Positions 40,128 through 47,506 of a DNA stretch of 64,000 bases are shown here, in pieces. Location: IMG/VR virus record IMGVR_UViG_3300037225_000932, positions 1 through 64,000 of that record. One strand, written 5' to 3'. The DNA is from a virus. Numbering within the stretch: position 1 is the stretch's first letter; every line of letters starts with the position of its first letter. A program made the translations under genes and the position numbers. The notes under the pieces are model-generated. The model worked only from the letters and a program-made list of their open reading frames with translations. It was not told the origin of the DNA and made no database searches.

Positions 40128-40520
40128 ATGAAAAAAGTTTTAATTATGTTAGTTGTGTCGATGTTTTTGTTTGGTAGTTATGTTTTTGCTCAAGTTGTAG
40201 CTCCGGCTCCTGTCGTTCCCCCAGTTCCTGTTCCGGTCGGTCCAGTGGGTCCACGGGCAGCTATGGTATTTCCTGAGACAACAAGAACAATTATGCTTTT
40301 GTCAAGAGTAAATCTTACTGATGAACAAAAAGCAAAAGCAAAAGAGATTTTAGACAAAGCTGTTGCTGAAGTAGTAGAAAAAGTTCTGACTGCCGAGCAA
40401 AGAGATCAACTTAAAGCCGCACAAGCAGAGCGTGGACCGGGTAGAGGACCAGGTGGAGCAGGTGGCCCAGGAGGCCCAGGAGGCCCAGTCGGTGGGCCAC
40501 GCAGGCCGGCTGCACAATAA
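40128..40520 (+). CDS. secreted Spy/CpxP-like (LTxxQ) protein with Gly/Pro-rich tail
   Basis: Signal peptide ..VFA-Q; LTDEQKAK and LTAEQRDQL; GPGG repeats; SD aaggag. Confidence 0.65.
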   Translation: MKKVLIMLVVSMFLFGSYVFAQVVAPAPVVPPVPVPVGPVGPRAAMVFPETTRTIMLLSRVNLTDEQKAKAKEILDKAVAEVVEKVLTAEQRDQLKAAQAERGPGRGPGGAGGPGGPGGPVGGPRRPAAQ

Positions 40521-40577
40521 TACGGGTAATGGTTTTTTAACTCTATTTTTAAATAGAGAAAAACACTATATAGAAAT

Positions 40578-40609
40578 AAAAGAAAAGAGTGCAAATCTCT
40601 TTTCTTTTT
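40578..40609 (+). terminator. intrinsic terminator-like hairpin
   Basis: aaaagaaaagag-tgcaaat-ctcttttctttt. Confidence 0.55.
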
Positions 40610-40611
40610 AG

Positions 40612-41991
40612 TTTAAAAAATGCCTCTTAATTCTATAAAAAAGAAGGATTATTTTCTATACTATAGTATTTATACATTATGGATCAAAAGATTTTAACAA
40701 AACGTGAAACACAACTACGACATTCTATTCAAGACTGTAAGGTTTTTGAAGTTAAAATCGTTAAATCTAAACTATCTAAAACATCACTAAATAATATGAA
40801 CACGTTATTCAAAGAAGCAAAATACTTTTATAACTTTTGTTTGTCTCACGATAATCTTGATTTAATAGATACTAAGGTAAAGTCAGTTCCAGTTAAAGTT
40901 CTTGATAAGTTTGAAGATAGAAAATTATCTATTTTGCCAGGACAATCAAAACAATCTATAAAATCAAAAATGTTTTCAAACATAAAAGCACTTAGTTCAC
41001 TAAAGAAAAAAGGGAAAAAAGTAGGCAAACTAAAGTTTAAGAGTTTTTTACATTCTATTCCATTAGTTCAACACGGAATGACTTATAAAATAGATTTTAA
41101 TACTTCAAGAGTAAAAATACAAAATATCAAACAAAAACTTAAAGTGTCAGGTTTATCTCAAATACCTAAAAATATAGAGTTAGCAAATGCTTCTTTAATA
41201 AAAAGGTGTAGTGATTTTTATCTTCATATAACTACTTTCTCAAATAAAATAGAAAAATTTATTACAGAAACTTCAGTTGGAATAGATTTTGGTTGTTCTA
41301 CTCAACTTACTCTTTCTAACGGAATAAAAATAGAATATCAAGTTCCCATCTCTAAAAGACTTAAACGATTAGATAGAAAAATAACGAAGAAAAATCGTAA
41401 AAAATCAAATAATAAGTTTAAAGATCAAATAAAAAGAGAAAAAGAATATAATAAATTAAATAACAAAAAAAAAGACATAAGAAACAAAATAGTTCACGTT
41501 TTGACAAATAACTTTAAGTATATTTGTTTTCAAGATGAAAACTTAAAAGAGTGGCAATCAGGAAATCATGGAAAGAAAATCCAGAATGCCAATCTTGGTG
41601 GAATTATCAGAGATCTAAAAAATAAATCTCATACACCAATCGAAGTAAATAAGTTCTTTCCTTCTACTCAATTATGTCCTAAATGTGGTTGTAAAAATAA
41701 ATTAGAACTAAAAGATCGAATTTATAAGTGTAAATGTGGATATAAAAAAGATCGTGATATACACGCTGCTAAAAACATAGAGCTAGAAGGAATGAAAGAT
41801 AAGAAAATACCTGTGAGTAATAAGATTACGAACAAGTATAAAATACCTGTGGAACGCAGGGAATTAAAGACTGAGGAGAGAAATACCTCTACTACTCATA
41901 TTTTTGATCTCTTAAAAAAGATTAATGGTGTGAGAGCAAGTAATCTCGTTGAGTCAGTAAGCCAATAAGATTTATTTTATTGGTAGTTCAT
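40612..41991 (+). mobile_element. TnpB-only IS200/IS605 element (left end approximate)
   Basis: Right-end hairpin gccaataaga..tttattggt followed by AGTTCA(T), typical of IS605 right ends; no tnpA. Confidence 0.7.
40679..41968 (+). CDS. tnpB: TnpB RNA-guided nuclease
   Basis: VGIDFG, QDENL, FPSTQLCPKCG..CKCG..DRDIHAAKNI. Confidence 0.9.
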   Translation: MDQKILTKRETQLRHSIQDCKVFEVKIVKSKLSKTSLNNMNTLFKEAKYFYNFCLSHDNLDLIDTKVKSVPVKVLDKFEDRKLSILPGQSKQSIKSKMFSNIKALSSLKKKGKKVGKLKFKSFLHSIPLVQHGMTYKIDFNTSRVKIQNIKQKLKVSGLSQIPKNIELANASLIKRCSDFYLHITTFSNKIEKFITETSVGIDFGCSTQLTLSNGIKIEYQVPISKRLKRLDRKITKKNRKKSNNKFKDQIKREKEYNKLNNKKKDIRNKIVHVLTNNFKYICFQDENLKEWQSGNHGKKIQNANLGGIIRDLKNKSHTPIEVNKFFPSTQLCPKCGCKNKLELKDRIYKCKCGYKKDRDIHAAKNIELEGMKDKKIPVSNKITNKYKIPVERRELKTEERNTSTTHIFDLLKKINGVRASNLVESVSQ

Positions 41992-42045
41992 AGAAATGTG
42001 TAGTGTTTTTTTTGTTTTCCTAGAAAAAATGAGATATAATATGCT

Positions 42046-42606
42046 ATGGAAACTAACCCAAAAGAAAATAAGCCAAAGACAAAAGATGGAAGAAATATTA
42101 TTGATCACTATTTTTACTGGAAGACAGAACAAATCAAATCCGATCTTGATACTAAAAGACATAATTTTTCTGTTTTAACAAGCAATCTTTATAATGATTT
42201 TAATATTTCGCAAATAATAAGAAATGGTTGTGCTTTTTTAGCAAAAGAAGTTATTATTTATGGTTCAAAAAAATATGACAGAAGAGGAGCCGTTGGAACT
42301 CATCATTATACAAATTTTAAATATGTTAAAGAAATATCAGATTTAGACGACTTGGCAAAAAATTCAATAATAATAGGTATAGATAATATTGATGGAGCTT
42401 TACCGATCGAAACTTTTGAATGGCCAAAAAACGAACATTTTATTATTGCTTTTGGACAAGAGCAAGTTGGTCTTCCTCCGGAAATTATTTCCAGGTGCCA
42501 AAAAATAGTATATATTACTCAGTATGGAAGTGTAAGAAGTTTGAATGTGGGATGTTCAAGTGGTATCGCAATGTTTGATATTTGTTCAAAACTATATAAG
42601 AAATGA
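42046..42606 (+). CDS. SpoU/TrmH-family RNA 2'-O-methyltransferase
   Basis: N.SQIIRN, FGQEQVGL, YITQYGSVRSLNVG SPOUT motifs. Confidence 0.88.
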   Translation: METNPKENKPKTKDGRNIIDHYFYWKTEQIKSDLDTKRHNFSVLTSNLYNDFNISQIIRNGCAFLAKEVIIYGSKKYDRRGAVGTHHYTNFKYVKEISDLDDLAKNSIIIGIDNIDGALPIETFEWPKNEHFIIAFGQEQVGLPPEIISRCQKIVYITQYGSVRSLNVGCSSGIAMFDICSKLYKK

Positions 42607-42609
42607 GAT

Positions 42610-43455
42610 ATGTTAAACGAAAAAGAATATAACAATTTAAAAAGCAGAATAGTTAAAGCGGTTGATGATGTTCTAAAAGATTTTTTAGAAAAAAAAGACA
42701 ATAGTGTTTTAAAAGAAAAAATATATACAAATGGAATAATGTTATCTCCTAATGGAGAAATTCTTTGTAGAATAAGTGACAATAAAATAAAATGGTATCT
42801 TAAAAAGAACTTAGCAGAAAAAGTAAGCGACGATCCTCCAACTATCAAATTAAAATTTGAACCTAAAGGAAAAGGACATATAAATGATAAATTTTATTTA
42901 CAAGAAAAAGAAAATAAATGTGTAGTATGTGGGAGTATAGAAAACTTATCTAAACACCATGTAGTCCCTCAATGTTTTAGGAAATTTTTCCCTGATAATC
43001 TTAAAAATCATTCATATCATGATGTTCTACTTATGTGTAGAAAGTGTCATGATGAATATGAGGTTTTTGCTGATATATTAAAAAGAGATATATCTAAAGA
43101 ACATAATATTCCAGTTCAAGGATATGGAACACTAAATAATAACTTGGTAAAAAAAGCTAAGAAATCTGCTAATATACTTTTAAGAGATAAGAATATTAGT
43201 GAAAAAAGAAAAAATAAACTTAAAAATATTTTAATATTTTATTTTAATAAAAAAAATATATTTAAATCAGATATCATTAATGCTTCTAAAATAAATATGA
43301 ATACAGAAATAAAAGAACCTGTAGAATTCGGAAAATTTGTTGTAGAACATTTGTCTTCGTTAGAAGAATTTACTATAAAATGGAGAAAACATTTTATAGA
43401 AAAAATGTCTCCTAAGCATTTACCTGAATTTTGGGATATTAATAGAAAAATTTAA
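42610..43455 (+). CDS. HNH-like nuclease resembling the EXD2 C-terminal domain
   Basis: SPNGEILC..KWYL..FEP..KENKCVVCG..HHVVP..HDVLLMCRKCH. Confidence 0.65.
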   Translation: MLNEKEYNNLKSRIVKAVDDVLKDFLEKKDNSVLKEKIYTNGIMLSPNGEILCRISDNKIKWYLKKNLAEKVSDDPPTIKLKFEPKGKGHINDKFYLQEKENKCVVCGSIENLSKHHVVPQCFRKFFPDNLKNHSYHDVLLMCRKCHDEYEVFADILKRDISKEHNIPVQGYGTLNNNLVKKAKKSANILLRDKNISEKRKNKLKNILIFYFNKKNIFKSDIINASKINMNTEIKEPVEFGKFVVEHLSSLEEFTIKWRKHFIEKMSPKHLPEFWDINRKI

Positions 43456-43520
43456 CTAAAATAACAGTGGAGTTTTATGAGGTATAATAATCAAAAATAT
43501 TAAAACAAAGGAGAAATAAA

Positions 43521-43901
43521 ATGAATGTTCCAGTAAGAAAAGTAGAAGTGTTTCAAACAGACGATGGAAGAAAAGTAGAAGTTTATACAAAAATTTCTGA
43601 AACCGCATCAATGAAAGGATCAGAAAAGACAGAAGTATCTAAAGAAAATGTTATATATGCTGGAGTTGTTCATGTTGGGACTCCAATAGGTCCAAAAGAA
43701 ATAAAATTTGAAATAGAAGGAGCAAAAACACTAGAAGAAGCTTTAAATAAGTATTATGATTTTGCTAATGATGCTGCTAAAAAACTAATGGAAAAATTTG
43801 AAGAAGCTAGAAAAGAAGCTGAAAATCAAATAGTTACCGCTCCAGCAGGAGCTTTGAATGAAATAGATAAAGAAAGACCTAAATTAAGATTAGCAAAATG
43901 A
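43521..43901 (+). CDS. hypothetical protein
   Basis: Strong SD aaggag. Confidence 0.75.
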   Translation: MNVPVRKVEVFQTDDGRKVEVYTKISETASMKGSEKTEVSKENVIYAGVVHVGTPIGPKEIKFEIEGAKTLEEALNKYYDFANDAAKKLMEKFEEARKEAENQIVTAPAGALNEIDKERPKLRLAK

Positions 43902-44101
43902 AAAAAGAAGAAATAAAAGCGTGGAGAGTAGCACTTTTTTATTGTAAACAGTATTGCGATTGTAATCCAGATGTAGGGATGGGACCAAACAGTGAAATGC
44001 TATTAGACAGAATAAGTAGAGACTTTAATGTTATTTTTTTCTCAAGAAGATAAAAAACAAATACTTGAAGAATTTGAAAGGTATATAGCATATGGAGACT
44101 A
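43898..44101 (+). CDS. small hypothetical protein, probably frameshifted at a T7 run
   Basis: ATGA overlap; removing one T at 44034-44040 gives ..VIFSQEDKKQILEEFERYIAYGD*. Confidence 0.45.
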
Positions 44102-44430
44102 ATATTCCTAAAAATACTGATGATTTATTTTTTGAGCAAAAAAATGTATCTGATCCAAAAATACAAAAAATTATAGTAGCATCAAGAAGGATGAGAGATG
44201 CGAGAACAGCCGTGAATAGAAACATTAAAGAGATGAGTGAAATATTTAGAAATAAAGTTAGTGAAGAAAAAATGGAAGAATGGAGATTTAAAGGAGAAGA
44301 CGCTATTGATGAACAAATTATAGCTTCAAAAGAACTATATGAAGCTTTAGATGAATTTGACGGGACACATGTAGTAGAAGAGTTAAAAAAAGAATTTGGA
44401 GACGATATATTTGATGTTGAAGAATATTAA
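44092..44430 (+). CDS. hypothetical protein
   Basis: 112-aa ORF. Confidence 0.7.
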   Translation: METNIPKNTDDLFFEQKNVSDPKIQKIIVASRRMRDARTAVNRNIKEMSEIFRNKVSEEKMEEWRFKGEDAIDEQIIASKELYEALDEFDGTHVVEELKKEFGDDIFDVEEY

Positions 44431-44794
44431 AACAAAAGAGTTTCTTAATGGAAAAATTCATAGAGCAACAATCACTGGAACTTTTCCTGATTATGAGGGA
44501 AGTATAACTATAGATAAATATCTCATGGACCTTTCCGATATAGCTGAGTATGAAAAAGTTTTAGTAGCCAATATAGATACAGGAGAAAGATTTGAAACAT
44601 ATGCTATTTACGCAGAACCGTATTCAGGTCGGATAGAAATAAATGGAGCAGCAGCAAAAAAAGCTAAAATAGGCGAAAAAGTAATCATTATGTCTTTTGT
44701 TAGTTTAGAAAAAGGAGATAATGGAAAATATGAAAACAGTCCTTTTATGGTGAAAGTAGACGATAAAAATAAGGTTATAATATTTAAGGATTAA
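44414..44794 (+). CDS. panD: aspartate 1-decarboxylase
   Basis: KIHRATIT, YEG-SITID autocleavage site, GERFETY, INGAAA. Confidence 0.92.
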   Translation: MLKNIKTKEFLNGKIHRATITGTFPDYEGSITIDKYLMDLSDIAEYEKVLVANIDTGERFETYAIYAEPYSGRIEINGAAAKKAKIGEKVIIMSFVSLEKGDNGKYENSPFMVKVDDKNKVIIFKD

Positions 44795-44800
44795 AAATCT

Positions 44801-45013
44801 ATGATAGAACAAGAGATTAAACCAATAGGTCTAATTTATAAAAAACCATTTAAAAGTGAATTGGAGCTTAATTTGTATAATTTGTTTTGTTCTCATCCTG
44901 AGTTAAGTGAAAAGTATGAAATTGTAGATATGACCCAAATGACAGGTCAGGAAAAAAAGCAACTAATAGATAAAATACATTTAGAACTTGGTCTAAAAAA
45001 ATGGAGAGTATAA
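44801..45013 (+). CDS. hypothetical protein
   Basis: 70-aa ORF in operon. Confidence 0.55.
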   Translation: MIEQEIKPIGLIYKKPFKSELELNLYNLFCSHPELSEKYEIVDMTQMTGQEKKQLIDKIHLELGLKKWRV

Positions 45014-45216
45014 TGGATATAATAGATTTGAGATCAAGAATAGAAAAAGAGATCAACATAACATCATCCGAAAATGGATCTAATACACCTGATTTTATTT
45101 TAGCAGAATATTTAACAGATTGCTTAGTGGCATTTGATAAGGCTACAAAACAGAGAGACAAGTGGTATGGGTTTAAGAATTTAAGTATAACTGATGGAAA
45201 TTGTGTTATAGAATAA
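45001..45216 (+). CDS. hypothetical protein
   Basis: SENGSNTPDFILAEYL motif. Confidence 0.65.
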   Translation: MESIMDIIDLRSRIEKEINITSSENGSNTPDFILAEYLTDCLVAFDKATKQRDKWYGFKNLSITDGNCVIE

Positions 45217-45234
45217 TAAATATAATATTTTTTA

Positions 45235-45377
45235 GCTTCTGTAACTCAACGGCCAAGATCGATTAAAAATATTCTAAATATTAGAGCCAAAGTCGCAATA
45301 GGATGCGAGAAGATCTCTAAAATCTTTAATGTATGGGTTCGACTCCCATTTGGCTCACTTGAACTCAGACAGAAGCA
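45235..45377 (+). pseudogene. outer tRNA shell enclosing the suppressor tRNA
   Basis: GCTTCTG (45235-41)/CAGAAGC (45370-76) perfect acceptor stem + A; TA-ACTC-AACGGCCA D-arm start; TGAACTCAGA T-arm remnant. Confidence 0.5.
45284..45357 (+). tRNA. amber suppressor tRNA (anticodon CUA)
   Basis: GAGCCAA/TTGGCTC + A73; TCGC/GCGA D-stem; AAGAT-CT CTA AA-ATCTT (anticodon 45317-45319); ATGGG-TTCGACT-CCCAT. Confidence 0.85.
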
Positions 45378-45431
45378 TTTAAGGTAAATTATTAGAAAGG
45401 ATGTCTATATGATTATGACTCTTCAGACAGT

Positions 45432-45632
45432 TTGCAGACGATTGTTATGAACCTTCCAGAAATAGTAAAAGATAAAAAAGATAAAATTAAGAATCTTTTT
45501 GATGAAGAGGGTATTGAAATTGCTAATACAATATTTGGTAGAGGTCTAAGTCCATATTTAGGATCATCACTTATGGATAAAGCTGAGAGTATAAATGTGG
45601 TTGTCCGAATGCTCGCAGAACACCGTCTATGA
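45432..45632 (+). CDS. hypothetical protein
   Basis: 66-aa ORF, start uncertain. Confidence 0.5.
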   Translation: MQTIVMNLPEIVKDKKDKIKNLFDEEGIEIANTIFGRGLSPYLGSSLMDKAESINVVVRMLAEHRL

Positions 45633-45648
45633 ATAATAATGAAACTTA

Positions 45649-45675
45649 AAGGAAAATTTTATTTTTTGCCGAATA
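45649..45675 (+). promoter_or_regulatory. candidate phage promoter AAGG-N17-CGA
   Basis: Same spacing at 13636-13659 and 58468-58491; GCCGAATA resembles the sigma-28 -10 box. Confidence 0.45.
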
Positions 45676-45696
45676 AATATAATAAGGAGAAAAAAT

Positions 45697-46050
45697 ATGA
45701 GTTAGGTATCAAAATGTCAAGTATCAGAAAACCATCCGTTTGTTTATGTCTTAGTTAGAAAAGATTTATCATTTGGATCATGTTGCGTTCAATCATGTCA
45801 TGTCATCATAGAAGCCTCTAAAACTTTTGGATTCACATAGGAACATCCTTCTATAATTGTCTGTGAAGTATCAGACGAATGTTCTTTATTACGTTCAGCA
45901 TCTAAGTTAGAAAAATCTGGTATATCTTTTAAACTATTTCAAGAACCAGATATAGACAATCATTATACAGCCTTAGCAACCAGACATGTTTATGGGTCTG
46001 AAAGGTTATTATTTAAACATTTTCAGCTTTTAAAAGGAGATAAAATATGA
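45697..46050 (+). CDS. peptidyl-tRNA hydrolase type 2 (PTH2/PTRHD1)-like protein with two in-frame TAG codons
   Basis: SD aaggag; MS*VSK..YVLVRKDLS.G...VQSCH..FT*EHPSIIV..FQEPDIDNHYTALAT; TAG at 45703 and 45838; ends with an ATGA overlap. Confidence 0.75.
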
Positions 46051-46526
46051 GTAATTTAACAAGTTTTGGAATGTATGTGCCTCTCGATTATGAAACTTAC
46101 AAAAAAATTAAAATAATAAAATCTGTAATCAATGTTTCTGTTTTTAAAGTAAAAAGATGGAACAGGTGGATAAAAAAAGACCCCAAAAATAGAACTTATA
46201 AAAAAAACATAGTAAATGATAAAGGTCAGAAAATAGGTCAAGAAATAACAGGGTTTATTATAGAGCCATTTCCGTGTGAAATATTTTTTGAAAAAAATAA
46301 AAGGTATAGTCATTTTGGATATAATAACCAATATCACTATAATGAGATAGAGATAGAAGAATGGAAAGAAAAGGATATTCAAAAATGGTTAAAACAATGG
46401 GATTTGGCTAAAAAGGTATATAAAGAAGATAAAGATGTTAAACCATTAGAGATTTCAAAAGATAAAATAGAAGAGACTTATAAAAAAATATTAGATTTTT
46501 ATAACAATTTTGTTAAAAAATCTTGA
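46047..46526 (+). CDS. hypothetical protein
   Basis: SD aggag; coupled to the Pth-like gene. Confidence 0.7.
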   Translation: MSNLTSFGMYVPLDYETYKKIKIIKSVINVSVFKVKRWNRWIKKDPKNRTYKKNIVNDKGQKIGQEITGFIIEPFPCEIFFEKNKRYSHFGYNNQYHYNEIEIEEWKEKDIQKWLKQWDLAKKVYKEDKDVKPLEISKDKIEETYKKILDFYNNFVKKS

Positions 46527-46579
46527 ATGTGTTATTTTAACAGAGTATAATAATATAAACATTTTTTTAGGAGAAAACC

Positions 46580-46831
46580 ATGAAGTTTGAATTACAAACA
46601 AAAGAGATAGATAATCTCAACTTAATTAACCATCGTAGGACTATTTGGATGGGATATGCTAAAAACTTTTCTTTAGATGAAGAATATTTAGATGAAAAAG
46701 ATACAGGGAAAAAGAAAACATATAGAGAGTCAATTTCTAGCATAAATGCTTTTCCTTGTGTAGTTTTTTATTATGACACATTAGGTAATGAACGTTATAT
46801 AGAAGTCACTAAGAAAGTTTTGTTAAATTAG
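46580..46831 (+). CDS. hypothetical protein
   Basis: SD aggag; TAG stop. Confidence 0.6.
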   Translation: MKFELQTKEIDNLNLINHRRTIWMGYAKNFSLDEEYLDEKDTGKKKTYRESISSINAFPCVVFYYDTLGNERYIEVTKKVLLN

Positions 46832-47398
46832 TTATTTAATAATGGCTATTAGAATATCATCATACCTATTTTTGTTTTTTATTAGATCATATATTTTTAT
46901 ATTATTATATAAATTTTGAAAGTGCTTTATATTTTCAGGAGATACGTCTTCTATAATATAAATACCTCCTGTTTTTAATATTGGGGAAAATATATTAAAT
47001 GATTTTAATTGATTTCTTACTTTGTGAGATGCGTCATCTATAATAATATCAAAACTAATTCCAAAAAATTCTTTATCAATAGCAACCTTATCTTCGGTAT
47101 TTATTCTATGAAAAATTATTGATTTATGGTTTTTGATAATATTAGGACACTCTTTAATATCAATACCATAAATTATAGATTTATTAAAATATTCTGACCA
47201 TAAAAGAAGAGATCCACCACTCCCAACTCCTAACTCTAATAGGTTTATATTTTTATTAACAAAAGGAGAAAATATATTTTTATATATATTTATGTAAGAG
47301 TGAGTGGTCCCTTTGTCTGTTAGGTGAGAATATTTTTTGTATATTTCACTTAGATTGGGTAATATAATTGGTTTTTTATATTTAATATTAAGTCTCAT
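46832..47398 (-). CDS. class I SAM-dependent (sugar O-) methyltransferase
   Basis: TDKGTTHSY, LLELGV..GGSL..W, FDIIIDDASH, GGIYIIED; MRLNIKYK leader. Confidence 0.85.
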   Translation of the reverse strand: MRLNIKYKKPIILPNLSEIYKKYSHLTDKGTTHSYINIYKNIFSPFVNKNINLLELGVGSGGSLLLWSEYFNKSIIYGIDIKECPNIIKNHKSIIFHRINTEDKVAIDKEFFGISFDIIIDDASHKVRNQLKSFNIFSPILKTGGIYIIEDVSPENIKHFQNLYNNIKIYDLIKNKNRYDDILIAIIK

Positions 47399-47506
47399 TA
47401 TGTATTATTTTCTTTTAATATTTTTCATATCCTCTATAATATAGAGGATTTTGTGATTTTTTATAAAAATAAAAAGATAATATAAATTATTTTTAAGGAA
47501 AAGAGT

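Noticed and set aside
40433-40500. GC-rich repeat as a regulatory element
   Set aside because: Explained by Gly/Pro codons in the GPGG tail of the protein.
45284-45357. Pyrrolysine tRNA system
   Set aside because: The CTCTAAA loop is shared, but it has A73, a canonical TTCGA T-loop, and there are no pyl genes in the window.
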